Positions 17,238 to 25,842 of a DNA stretch of 34,289 nucleotides are shown one piece after another. The notes beneath the pieces were generated by a model. The model did not search any database and had not been told where the DNA came from. It worked only from the letters and a program-made list of their open reading frames with translations. The stretch comes from a virus: positions 1-34,289 of the IMG/VR virus record IMGVR_UViG_3300029913_000009. One strand, given 5' to 3'. How positions within the stretch are numbered: position 1 is the first letter of the stretch; every line of letters starts with the position of its first letter. The position numbers were made by a program, and so were the translations under genes.

Positions 17238-17309
17238 CAGGACGTTCACTAACGAAAGGAAAAGTCGTCGCGTGAAGTCACTTTCGAGGGCACTAATTTT
17301 CGATTTAGC

Positions 17310-17879
17310 TTATGGTACTAACACCCCGTCAGTCGTACAATCGCAAGGGCCGGGTTCCTCTGCTGGTGCCACAGACGTAGCACAGTCATTTGTATGGATT
17401 TCCTTGCCTGATTCTTCAATGAACTTCTGTGCCTTTTCCTCTCTCGTGAGTTCTTCATCCGAAGTCTCATCTTCAATTGGGTTGTCAACTTGCTCCTGTG
17501 CTTGACGAGCGGAAACTTCTTCCGGAGTCAATGCCTCATAGCGGAAGATTAGTTCAGTGGCAGCGTCTACACTCTCAACACCATCGGGAACGGCCCACTT
17601 GATGTTAAGCACCTTCGACTCAAAGGACTCAAGCACAGCCTTCGACACGGTAATGCTTCCACCACTGGCCTGAATGAGGGATGCAGCCAGAACAGAGAGC
17701 TTCTTGTTCTGGTGGATGGCCTCACGCAATTGAGGGATAACCTGACCAATCAAAGTGTCAGGATTGGTTTTCAGTTGTTCGTTCTCGTCCTGTAATTGCT
17801 TAACAAACTTTTGAGCAGAATCGAGGTACCGCATCTTCAACGACTTGTTTTGCAGACTTTGTGTTGAGCGTCTTGTCAT
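17310..17879 (-). CDS. Acidic coiled-coil hypothetical protein, 189 aa.
   Basis: ATG at 17879 overlaps the upstream stop (TAATG). Confidence 0.5.
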   Translation of the reverse strand: MTRRSTQSLQNKSLKMRYLDSAQKFVKQLQDENEQLKTNPDTLIGQVIPQLREAIHQNKKLSVLAASLIQASGGSITVSKAVLESFESKVLNIKWAVPDGVESVDAATELIFRYEALTPEEVSARQAQEQVDNPIEDETSDEELTREEKAQKFIEESGKEIHTNDCATSVAPAEEPGPCDCTTDGVLVP

Positions 17880-18529
17880 TACTGTTTCGCCTTCTTCTTC
17901 GCAGCCTTCTTGGCCGGAGATTTCTTTGTTGGGGTTTTCTTGATGGGCTTCACAGCCTTCTTGGCGGAGGGCTTCTTTACTTTCTTGATTGCCTTAAAAG
18001 AGTCAACCTCCGGTTCGGTCTTCGTGTACTCTTCGTACTCCGGTTCGGCATGGTTATTCTTGTACTCTTCGTAGGCCACCGTCAGAATATCCACAATGCC
18101 CGGAAAACAGACAATGGCGGAACCATCCATTCCGACGACTTGACCTAAAGCCTTCATGGCACCAACAGCCGGGACGGAGACCATCGCCATGTACTCATAT
18201 TCTTCCGGGCCGCAGTCGTATTCAGCGGTACCCCACATCTCAGCGAAGGTACGTTCGGCCACGCAGGATTGGTGTGATTGATAGTTGGGGTTGGGTTGCA
18301 TCAGGCGACTGCGTTGGTCAACGAGGAATTTGTCCTTGGTGTTGACCTCCCCTGTTGGCTCCTCGTCTTTATCCCATTTGCTAACGATGGTGTTATCAAA
18401 GATTGGACTCCAGACAGTCTGAAACCCTGTGTTCAAATCCTCGTAGTAAAGGTCATCAATCTTGCGGTATGTTCCACCAGCGGCGGTAAAGATACTGTTC
18501 TGCGGGATTTGTGAATACTTAGTAGCCAT
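17879..18529 (-). CDS. Protein with histone-H1-like Lys/Ala/Pro-rich C-terminal tail ('KKVKKPSAKKAVKPIKKTPTKKSPAKKAAKKKAKQ'). Putative DNA-binding/nucleoid-associated or injected protein.
   Basis: ATG verified at 18529. Low-complexity basic tail typical of H1/AlgP/Hc1-like DNA-binding tails. Confidence 0.6.
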   Translation of the reverse strand: MATKYSQIPQNSIFTAAGGTYRKIDDLYYEDLNTGFQTVWSPIFDNTIVSKWDKDEEPTGEVNTKDKFLVDQRSRLMQPNPNYQSHQSCVAERTFAEMWGTAEYDCGPEEYEYMAMVSVPAVGAMKALGQVVGMDGSAIVCFPGIVDILTVAYEEYKNNHAEPEYEEYTKTEPEVDSFKAIKKVKKPSAKKAVKPIKKTPTKKSPAKKAAKKKAKQ

Positions 18530-18541
18530 AGTTGGTCTCCG

Positions 18542-18712
18542 TCATTCCTTAATACTGCGTTTGTTTGGTATTCCGGGGCCAGAGATTGGAGCCCAATTGT
18601 TGTTTATAGGCGACCGTACACCACCGCGATAGTTTGATTGGCTTTCTGATTTATGGTTGCTGTACTCAGCCGCTGTAGCTTCTTCGCCACCGAAGTCTTC
18701 AAGCTTGCTCAT
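18542..18712 (-). CDS. Small hypothetical protein (56 aa from ATG 18712, SD GGTGGT).
   Basis: ORF plus SD. Confidence 0.4.
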   Translation of the reverse strand: MSKLEDFGGEEATAAEYSNHKSESQSNYRGGVRSPINNNWAPISGPGIPNKRSIKE

Positions 18713-18714
18713 AT

Positions 18715-19014
18715 TTACCACCACGTTAGTCGGTGTGCATCATCGGCCAATCCAAGATGCGTTAGAATTGGCATGATATAGTTGCTGGATTTTGGGAGCC
18801 AGATAGCGTCTTCGGGGAGCACAGCCTCAATACGTGCCTGATAGGCATCCGACTCTTCACGGGTCGCCTGATTACGTCCTGAAGCATGGTAAGCATAGTC
18901 AGGATTCGGAGGGAGATAAAACACGGTGTTGTCGTATGAGTTGAAGTACGCTTTGATGACTGCGTTACACTCTGGCAGTTGGTTGGGAGCGGCATATACC
19001 AATCCAAGGAGCAA
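18715..19014 (-). CDS. Hypothetical protein (99 aa). Start uncertain (TTG, no SD).
   Basis: ORF only. Confidence 0.3.
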   Translation of the reverse strand: MLLGLVYAAPNQLPECNAVIKAYFNSYDNTVFYLPPNPDYAYHASGRNQATREESDAYQARIEAVLPEDAIWLPKSSNYIMPILTHLGLADDAHRLTWW

Positions 19015-19165
19015 CGAGGTGAAGGTGGAAGTTACAAACTACAAACTCCTCATAATCACTGTCATCTTCAGCCTGATTGTTAACTCGCCACGAGGCCGCT
19101 TCTTCACACTGCTGCCCACACACAGAGCCGTCATCTGTCACGTGGTCACACCTTGTCCAACTCAT
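18965..19165 (-). CDS. Small Cys-containing hypothetical protein (66 aa from ATG 19165, ATGA overlap).
   Basis: ORF plus start-stop overlap. Confidence 0.3.
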   Translation of the reverse strand: MSWTRCDHVTDDGSVCGQQCEEAASWRVNNQAEDDSDYEEFVVCNFHLHLVAPWIGICRSQPTARV

Positions 19166-19593
19166 AGCTCCTCCGAGTAGTCGGGGCTCAATCCGTGGTT
19201 GTGTCCCCAATGACACTCCACTTCAAAATCGTCGAATTCACGGTCGTGAATAGCAATAACTTCCCCTTCACTGACTTCTTTCAACCAGCTATAGAATGAC
19301 CGTTGTGACTGGTTCTTTAGCTTTTCCCACTCGACGTATTCTGCTTTCTTTTTTTCCAACTCGGCTTCTATCTGAGCGATAGTAGTGTCTTTGGGCATAG
19401 TCTGAATGAGAGTTCTCTGGTCAGGGTATAAAGGAGCGGCTTTTTTGGCTATCCGTTCGGCCTCAAGTGCCTTATTTGATGCGAGGCCAATCAGTTCTTC
19501 CAGACGCTCAGCCGTCATGTCTTCTGGTATTGTGACGTACGATGCATTCTCGTAACTGTCGCATCTGTAATGTGCAATCTTGGCTAGTTTCAT
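19162..19593 (-). CDS. Hypothetical protein (143 aa, MKLAKIAHY..).
   Basis: ATG at 19593 forms an ATGA overlap with the upstream stop. Confidence 0.5.
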   Translation of the reverse strand: MKLAKIAHYRCDSYENASYVTIPEDMTAERLEELIGLASNKALEAERIAKKAAPLYPDQRTLIQTMPKDTTIAQIEAELEKKKAEYVEWEKLKNQSQRSFYSWLKEVSEGEVIAIHDREFDDFEVECHWGHNHGLSPDYSEEL

Positions 19594-19844
19594 TTTGTTG
19601 CCTGATTTCCCGGCCACAGTGTGTGGGTCTTTCCACGGGCATGATCGGCGGGGCATGGCAGTTCCTTACCCTCCGGCTCCCAGCCAGTAAAGGCAATACC
19701 CCAAGCAGCACGCAGGGCTTGCCAGTCTTTGTGTTTGTCGCAGTATTCACACTCGCCGGGGGCGTGTAGAATCCTCTGGTCACAATGAGGAAACTGCTGG
19801 ATGGTTTCGTGGATGTTAATGCTGGTTTGCGTTTTCTTAAACAT
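19590..19844 (-). CDS. Hypothetical protein, 84 aa, Cys/His-containing.
   Basis: ATG verified at 19844. Confidence 0.45.
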   Translation of the reverse strand: MFKKTQTSINIHETIQQFPHCDQRILHAPGECEYCDKHKDWQALRAAWGIAFTGWEPEGKELPCPADHARGKTHTLWPGNQATK

Positions 19845-19868
19845 AAAACTCCTCCGGTTCGATTAAAC

Positions 19869-20369
19869 TTAAGATTCTCCCCACACGGGCGAGAACACCC
19901 TTGACTTCAAATACTGAACCGCAGCCATAAACCGCTCCAAATTTTCTTCGAATTGACCGATACCCACGTTGCAACGATGGCACAGAAGACCACGTACACT
20001 CTTTCGTTTGTCCGTCTTTGCGACTGCATGGTCATGGTCAACGTAGGGTAGTCGGCTTTCAGTGAACTCCAAACGGCAAATCGCGCATTTGTTATCTTGC
20101 AGCTTGAGTAGCAACAAAAAATCATCGGTGCTTAGACCATACAGACGTTTGAGCGATGAGGATTTTCTGATTGCCTTATACTGTTCGGGGTGGCGCTCAT
20201 TCCAATTTCGTACATAGCCTTTGAATCGGTCTGAGTTTTCTGCATACCACTTTTTCTGACGTAAACTCTCGCATTTGTTACAGGCAGACTTAAGCCCATC
20301 CTTGCTTCGTTTCCTCCTACCAAACTTACCGGGCTTACCACACTTGGTACACAATTTGACGACTTCCAT
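19869..20369 (-). CDS. Endonuclease VII-family (His-Me finger) protein with N-terminal Zn-finger. Putative free-standing homing endonuclease or resolvase.
   Basis: 'CAICRLEF...VDHDHAVAKTDKRKSVRGLLCHRCNVGIG'. ATG at 20369 preceded by GGGGGTG. Confidence 0.7.
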   Translation of the reverse strand: MEVVKLCTKCGKPGKFGRRKRSKDGLKSACNKCESLRQKKWYAENSDRFKGYVRNWNERHPEQYKAIRKSSSLKRLYGLSTDDFLLLLKLQDNKCAICRLEFTESRLPYVDHDHAVAKTDKRKSVRGLLCHRCNVGIGQFEENLERFMAAVQYLKSRVFSPVWGES

Positions 20370-20382
20370 TAAGAAACACCCC

Positions 20383-22095
20383 CTATAAAAGGGGTTCAAT
20401 AGTCTCCTCTTTTGGTAACTCGATACCATGGTCTGTAAGGAACCGCTCAGCCATACGTTTTATGTAGTCGGCTTCCACTTGCAGTTTCGTCACAAGGTCT
20501 TGATTTGGGTCTCGTACACCCTCAATCTGCTGCCGCTTGATTCCCAAGATGTCTCCCATAATCGGGTCTGAACCATGCTCGGACAGCAGATAATAAATCG
20601 TGCATGGTTCGTCCTGACCATCGCGGTGGATACGACCGACACACTGCTCATGAACTCCCGGTGACCAGTCAAGTTCAGCAAACACAGCAAGGTGACATAC
20701 GTCCTGTAACCCATCCATACCCGCTCCGGCACGCAGCGAGACAAGCAGGACTCGCGACTTGCCGCTGATGAGGGCTTGCTTGGAGGCTTCCTTTTGATTC
20801 GGTGTCTCGGAGCCGGTGTACATGACCGGGTTGAATTCCTTCAACCGCTCCATGAGGATGTCGTAGACCTCCCGATGCCATGCGTAGACCACCACGGGCT
20901 CCGTATTGTCGGCGATGAGGAACTTGACAAACTCGGCCACGTACGGTGCCTTGGCGATGCCGGTGGCTTGCCGCATCTTGATGTCAAACTCGCCAGCCGC
21001 TTGCATCTTCTGGCCTTTGAAGTCTTGCGTCTGTTTGAGAATCAGCTTGGCAAGTTCGATAGCCTGACCCTTCATGTGGTCGAGTGCCTTGGCGTCCACA
21101 TCAATGTGGTGAGGCACCACAGTGACAGGCGGGAGTTCACGCTTGACCTCGATGCGGGTGCGGCGGAGCATGAGACCGTTCTCGCGTGCGAACAGACCGA
21201 ACGCTGCGGGGTCTTTGATTTTCAGCTTGTCGCCGAACTGGTAAATGCACCACTCGCGAATGAACTCATCCTTGGTGCCCAGTGAATCCGGGAGCAGCAC
21301 GTCAATGATGTTGAAGATTTCTCCGCCGTAGTTGTAGATGGGCGTGGCCGACGTACCGAGGCGGAAGGTACACGCATCGGCGATGTGTTTGGCCGCGTTG
21401 TATTTCTGCGTGCCGTTGTGGCGGAGTTCCTGAATCTCATCAAATACAACCGACTTCAGCAGGGGGGCGAGGGTCTCTGCCCACCCGCCAAGTTTGGCGT
21501 AGTTAGTGATGAACACATCGGGTAATCTACCCTTAGTGTACTTCAGGATGTCGTAAGGAGTACCCTTCTTCAGAATGTGCGTGGTGAGGTCAGTGAACTT
21601 GTTCACTTCGTCACGCCACTGAAAAGGCAAGTGAGTGAGGGTGACGACAAGCGCCGGGAGCGTCTTCGGTTCGCTGAGTCCCGCGATGGCTGTGCAGGTT
21701 TTACCCAGCCCAACGTCGTCAGCCAACAACAAACCACCAGCCGTCAACCACATGTGAGCGGCCAACGCCTGATATTCCCGTGGAGGAATCTTCAACTTGA
21801 AAGCTTCCCGCTCCATGTGTCCATTGAGGAGTTGTTCAATAAGAGACTGACGCTCACGATGCTCCTGAGCCCGTTCAGCGAGAAGCTCAAAAGGGTAGAC
21901 TTCTAATGGATAGCGGTCGAGGAACCACTGAAGGTCGCGGCAATTCTCAGGCGTAGCAGAGATAGACTGCTTGCCGTACTGCCACGTATCAATCTTCGCG
22001 AACACACGTTTAAGCCTGATAGCAACGTGCGGCTCGACCACTAAGTCCCAACACTGATTACGTTTATTGTAGGTACACGAACCATAGGTACGCAT
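20383..22095 (-). CDS. SNF2-family DNA helicase/translocase, 570 aa.
   Basis: 'LLADDVGLGKTCTA' (motif I), 'VVFDEIQELRH' (motif II), 'SLRAGAGMDGLQ', 'QCVGRIHRDGQ' (motif VI). Confidence 0.85.
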   Translation of the reverse strand: MRTYGSCTYNKRNQCWDLVVEPHVAIRLKRVFAKIDTWQYGKQSISATPENCRDLQWFLDRYPLEVYPFELLAERAQEHRERQSLIEQLLNGHMEREAFKLKIPPREYQALAAHMWLTAGGLLLADDVGLGKTCTAIAGLSEPKTLPALVVTLTHLPFQWRDEVNKFTDLTTHILKKGTPYDILKYTKGRLPDVFITNYAKLGGWAETLAPLLKSVVFDEIQELRHNGTQKYNAAKHIADACTFRLGTSATPIYNYGGEIFNIIDVLLPDSLGTKDEFIREWCIYQFGDKLKIKDPAAFGLFARENGLMLRRTRIEVKRELPPVTVVPHHIDVDAKALDHMKGQAIELAKLILKQTQDFKGQKMQAAGEFDIKMRQATGIAKAPYVAEFVKFLIADNTEPVVVYAWHREVYDILMERLKEFNPVMYTGSETPNQKEASKQALISGKSRVLLVSLRAGAGMDGLQDVCHLAVFAELDWSPGVHEQCVGRIHRDGQDEPCTIYYLLSEHGSDPIMGDILGIKRQQIEGVRDPNQDLVTKLQVEADYIKRMAERFLTDHGIELPKEETIEPLL

Positions 22096-22367
22096 CAGTG
22101 TCCTCTCAAATAAGCTATAGCTGCTTCAAGGAGGGTAATGTCATCATTAAACCCACCTAAGGACGGGTTGCATACATTGCAGAGCAGCCCTCGAACTTCT
22201 CCGGTCACGTGGTCATGGTCCACGGCAAGTCGTTTTCGCAGCTTGGAGATGTGTGTTTTGCAAAGCCCATTCGGCCTCTTTCGGTCTTTGTGGAAAAATT
22301 TGCGTAGCTTGTCCTGTCTGCATCTTGTGCAGATAGCTCGGTCTTCAGGTGTGGTTGTTCTATTCAT
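22095..22367 (-). CDS. Endonuclease VII-family protein, 90 aa (T4 gp49-like recombination endonuclease or HNH-type homing endonuclease).
   Basis: 'CTRCRQDK...[23 protein letters not shown]'. Confidence 0.75.
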   Translation of the reverse strand: MNRTTTPEDRAICTRCRQDKLRKFFHKDRKRPNGLCKTHISKLRKRLAVDHDHVTGEVRGLLCNVCNPSLGGFNDDITLLEAAIAYLRGH

Positions 22368-22370
22368 CTA

Positions 22371-22541
22371 CTATTGAATGTCAAACCCGAGAAGCTTCCA
22401 CAGTTCTTGTGCCATCTGTACCTTCCCATGTTTAATACCCAAGTCGTAGGTATCTTGATAGTCGCAGGGGAACTCATACACATCGTCTCCATTGGGCTGG
22501 TTTTTTAGTCCTTCAAGATACGCTTTCAAGTCGATTGACAT
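22371..22541 (-). CDS. Small hypothetical protein (56 aa).
   Basis: ORF; ATG verified at 22541. Confidence 0.4.
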   Translation of the reverse strand: MSIDLKAYLEGLKNQPNGDDVYEFPCDYQDTYDLGIKHGKVQMAQELWKLLGFDIQ

Positions 22542-23020
22542 CTTAGCTCCTCGCGAATCGCCATCCACAACTTGCCCAACCAGTTCCGACCCTTACCGTC
22601 CTCACCCCAACCCCAGTAGCTATCCCGCCACGAGTCTTCAATCAATTCGCGGTTGCCGGTCGCCAGCAGCTTGCGGCGTACGTACTCATGCTGTGCTGCC
22701 TTGGCACGGAGGATGTTAGCCATGATGGGGAGTTTAACCATATCCCAGTCCGGCTTCCTGTGTTCCTTGTTTTTCTCGGCTATTTTGAACGCTTCATGAG
22801 CGGAGGGGGCTTGTACGAGAGCAAGCTGAATACCGACTAGTTGGAGTTGTTTAAACGGGGTATCGGCTGTGTAGTTAAACTTCTCCCAATGGTAGACCGC
22901 CTCAGAGGTATCGAAACGGATATTCTCCCACTTCAAGGTGAATGCAGAGAAGTTGGACAGAACATAGAAGTCCTGCTCGTAGAAGAACACCTGAGTGTCG
23001 GTGTCAAGCTTGTGGTTCAT
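22526..23020 (-). CDS. NADAR (YbiA-like, DUF1768) domain protein, 164 aa.
   Basis: 'VFFYEQDFYVLSNFSAF' N-terminal motif. 'DSWRDSYWGWGEDGKGRNWLGKLWMAIREEL' C-terminal motif. The ATG at 23020 forms an ATGA overlap with the upstream gene. Confidence 0.75.
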   Translation of the reverse strand: MNHKLDTDTQVFFYEQDFYVLSNFSAFTLKWENIRFDTSEAVYHWEKFNYTADTPFKQLQLVGIQLALVQAPSAHEAFKIAEKNKEHRKPDWDMVKLPIMANILRAKAAQHEYVRRKLLATGNRELIEDSWRDSYWGWGEDGKGRNWLGKLWMAIREELRCQST

Positions 23021-23196
23021 TTTGCCCCTCGCAGTAGTGTCGTGTGGTTCTGTTGATAGAATTGTTGAAAACCCTTTGGGCCGGGGCATCTCATCCAATC
23101 CTGCATACTCTTATGTGTCCAGTCTTGCGTCTTCTTGCGAAAACGCATTGTCCTACCGCAGTCTTCGCACTTCTGTCTTATTTTGGCGTCGTTCAT
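23017..23196 (-). CDS. Small Zn-finger protein ('CEDCGRTMRF...WMRCPGPKG').
   Basis: ATGA overlap at 23196. Confidence 0.45.
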   Translation of the reverse strand: MNDAKIRQKCEDCGRTMRFRKKTQDWTHKSMQDWMRCPGPKGFQQFYQQNHTTLLRGAK

Positions 23197-23414
23197 ATAG
23201 CCCATCCATTGTCTTCGACGTTCTTGATGAACTTGTTCACAGCCTTGTCCATCGGTTCAAAGTAATCAGTCCCGTTTTGGTCAGGGTAATAGGTGTTCAG
23301 GAGAGCCCGAAGTTTACCTTTAGCCTCTTCCCACAGTATCCCTCGCATGGAAGTCAAGATACGGTCGTCGCTCATTACTTTCTCCTTTGGGTCGGTGTCA
23401 ATCTTACGATTCAT
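23193..23414 (-). CDS. Small hypothetical protein (73 aa).
   Basis: ORF plus GAGGG SD. Confidence 0.35.
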   Translation of the reverse strand: MNRKIDTDPKEKVMSDDRILTSMRGILWEEAKGKLRALLNTYYPDQNGTDYFEPMDKAVNKFIKNVEDNGWAI

Positions 23415-23589
23415 CACCCTCTTGTTTTCCAAACTCCTTTTCGTAGAGTTTCCACACGCCGGAAGCTTCACAGTGGGAGAAGTAGTCACCGATGCCATGG
23501 TCTTCTCTCGGTCCGGGACACTTCTTTCCACACTGGGCGTGAATAGCGTCCAACAAAGCCCTCCTTCTTATTTCTTTGGCTTCCTTCAT
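23404..23589 (-). CDS. Small Cys/His-containing hypothetical protein (61 aa).
   Basis: ATGA overlap with the upstream stop at 23589. Confidence 0.4.
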   Translation of the reverse strand: MKEAKEIRRRALLDAIHAQCGKKCPGPREDHGIGDYFSHCEASGVWKLYEKEFGKQEGDES

Positions 23590-23960
23590 TCGTTGTCTCC
23601 ATACTTACCGCCGGGACGATTCATCTCTTCGATGGATGCCCAGCACGAATTCTTTGGGTCAGTGACACGAGTAAAGGATTTAGCTCCAATAAGGGGGGCT
23701 GGTCTGGTATGATATGCCCATCCCTCAGAGCCATCGTACTCACTCCGGTCGAGCCACCAATCATCTCCAACAATAACTAAATCGTTAGCAATCTCCTGAC
23801 CGCCATAACCTGCGTCGTACTCAATGTCAGCGATGGCAGTAAACTCTTCCCATGTGATTTGGTACTCACCGTCATAACTCCCAACCCATCTAATGGTATT
23901 GGGGGATTTCCCTTTGTATTCAAGGTAGTTTAGGGTTTCTTTGAGAAGATTCATGCTCAT
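23586..23960 (-). CDS. Hypothetical protein, 124 aa.
   Basis: ATG verified; overlaps the upstream stop. Confidence 0.5.
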   Translation of the reverse strand: MSMNLLKETLNYLEYKGKSPNTIRWVGSYDGEYQITWEEFTAIADIEYDAGYGGQEIANDLVIVGDDWWLDRSEYDGSEGWAYHTRPAPLIGAKSFTRVTDPKNSCWASIEEMNRPGGKYGDNE

Positions 23961-24529
23961 CCTTCTTGATTTGTCAGGGCTAGAAAAGCTAACTTTGAGG
24001 CGTCTACATCCATGCTCTTAAGCAATCGAGCCCGTCTTAGGTTGCCCTCGGCCTGACGTTCTTTGTTCGTGACGCAATCCTGTACTTCTTTTGAGTTATC
24101 CGCGACAAAGTACCCACTATTTGTGGAGCAGATGATGATCCCCTTTTCAATCCACCATGCCACAGCGGCACGAAATTGGCGACGAGTGCCATCGGAGTCT
24201 GGTTCATTTATCTGTGTGAGAATGTCCTTGGTAGTGACCACCAAAGACTTTCCGATGGAGAGGTACCGGGGGATGGCTTCGACGTATGCCTTCCTGAGCT
24301 TCATACTGACAACCTGACCTGTTTCCTCATCGGTGTAGAGATACTCGATGTGATCCAAGTCGTCATCGGTAGCGAGGCGGAGTTTGTCGGCGGGTAGTAT
24401 CCGAAACTCTTTTTTGTCTTTGCTATTGGTCGGGTGTACTTTGTGACGCCCTTCTACCTTGTAGTCGGTCTCTACAATAGTACACAAGAGGTTCTCGGGA
24501 ATGTATACTGCCAAGTCTCCAGTGTTCAT
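23957..24529 (-). CDS. Hypothetical protein (190 aa from ATG 24529).
   Basis: ATG 2 nt after the upstream stop. Confidence 0.5.
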   Translation of the reverse strand: MNTGDLAVYIPENLLCTIVETDYKVEGRHKVHPTNSKDKKEFRILPADKLRLATDDDLDHIEYLYTDEETGQVVSMKLRKAYVEAIPRYLSIGKSLVVTTKDILTQINEPDSDGTRRQFRAAVAWWIEKGIIICSTNSGYFVADNSKEVQDCVTNKERQAEGNLRRARLLKSMDVDASKLAFLALTNQEG

Positions 24530-24531
24530 AC

Positions 24532-24825
24532 TTACTGAATACTGCAAGGATCGGTGGTATTTACAATCTCCGCCAGAATATCTCCGTGACAAGTTAACTT
24601 GGGTTTGCACCAGCAGCCAAGGGTTTTGCCACGAAGTTCATGAAGATGATCGAGCAGGTCTGGGTTGGAAAGAAGATAAGCACGGTATTTGGCTAGGACT
24701 TCCTTTCGGTTGCCATCCGAGCCAACATGGAAGGGGTTGTGCCAAATTGACTCGGAAAACTCTTGAAAGGCACGACCAATATAGAGGTCGAAGGATTCCT
24801 TACGAACATGCACAACTCGGGTCAT
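24532..24825 (-). CDS. DUF4326 family protein, 97 aa.
   Basis: 'HNPFHVGSDGNRKEVLAKYRAYL...LRGKTLGCWCKPKLTCHGDILAEIV', the hallmark 'GCWC.P..CHGD[IV]L'. Confidence 0.7.
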   Translation of the reverse strand: MTRVVHVRKESFDLYIGRAFQEFSESIWHNPFHVGSDGNRKEVLAKYRAYLLSNPDLLDHLHELRGKTLGCWCKPKLTCHGDILAEIVNTTDPCSIQ

Positions 24826-24830
24826 GTACC

Positions 24831-25028
24831 TTAATACTTGACTTTGCGGATGGTGTCCATAAATCCAGTAGCATAAAGGATAAGAAGTATTTGACCTGCG
24901 GATACGGCGTCGATGACATACTCCGCCGTACCGGGTGTAAAGAAGGCATGGACTACCTGATTCATCACCATCGAAAAGAAGAAGGCGATTGCAAAGAACC
25001 CTATAGTTATGGCAACTTTTAGTACCAT
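24831..25028 (-). CDS. Small two-TM membrane protein (65 aa).
   Basis: Two hydrophobic helices 'VAITIGFFAIAFFFSMVM' and 'AGQILLILYATGF'. Confidence 0.45.
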   Translation of the reverse strand: MVLKVAITIGFFAIAFFFSMVMNQVVHAFFTPGTAEYVIDAVSAGQILLILYATGFMDTIRKVKY

Positions 25029-25055
25029 ACACACTCCGTACTAACGTATCCCATA

Positions 25056-25430
25056 TTATAAGAAACTGAGGAGAAGATGCACGATGTAAAGGGGCTTACC
25101 GTTCAAACTGTCTGGTAAGTTCTTGTGTTTGCTCATGGTAGTGAGGAGAATTAGCTCTACAACTTCTGTGTGTTGGGCATACCTCATTAGCTGGCGAGTG
25201 ACGGAGGCGAGGCTGGTGCCGCCCCCAGAGTCATCCGACTTGCACTCGATGCCAATTCCAAGGTCTGTAATCAGGAAGTCTATTCGGTCGCGGGGGGCGA
25301 GAGAATACTCTGGCTTGAAGGTAAGGTTCAGGTCGGTCAGCACCTGACCAACGCCGTGTTGCAGTTCCTTCTCACTATGGTAGCAATACTTGGTATTGTA
25401 AAGGGTGGTGCAGATGTCAGCAGCGGTCAT
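25056..25430 (-). CDS. Small PD-(D/E)xK nuclease-fold protein (VRR-NUC-like), 124 aa.
   Basis: 'RDRIDFLITDLGIGIECKSD', the D...E-x-K arrangement. Confidence 0.45.
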   Translation of the reverse strand: MTAADICTTLYNTKYCYHSEKELQHGVGQVLTDLNLTFKPEYSLAPRDRIDFLITDLGIGIECKSDDSGGGTSLASVTRQLMRYAQHTEVVELILLTTMSKHKNLPDSLNGKPLYIVHLLLSFL

Positions 25431-25635
25431 CAGGGCTCACTACAGTGCTACGCCACGGGCGACCGGCAGCAATCCAACGCTCCCGCAATTGAGCATGGTA
25501 TACAACGGCTGGTTCCGGCCCTACATCATTGTAGCCGAACTGAATCCCACACTGAGGGCAGATTTCATGCAACCCTTCAGCAGGATCAAGTTTCAGGCGG
25601 TCATAGTCACAGACAGGACATACCTTATATATCAT
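25417..25635 (-). CDS. Small zinc-ribbon protein (72 aa; 'CPVCDY...CPQCG').
   Basis: ORF plus C4 motif. Confidence 0.45.
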   Translation of the reverse strand: MIYKVCPVCDYDRLKLDPAEGLHEICPQCGIQFGYNDVGPEPAVVYHAQLRERWIAAGRPWRSTVVSPDDRC

Positions 25636-25842
25636 TGTTCTTCCGCGCTATCTGAATCTGTTCCCATGCTTCATCCGCAAGACCACGGGCAGCTATGACA
25701 ATGAACGTACGCCATCATGCCTCCTAAAAGAATACTTCTATAGTACCACTATTCGATCCGCCAGTGCCACTACCTTCCGACCCCGCCCCAGCCCATCTGC
25801 AAGGACTGTAACGTTTTCCACAGTCACAAAGGCATTTCCAAA

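Noticed and set aside
24532-25032. Long form (166 aa) of the DUF4326 ORF.
   Set aside because: The N-terminal 70 aa are Cys/Arg-rich junk overlapping a well-formed two-TM small gene in another frame. The DUF4326 domain begins at the internal ATG 24825.
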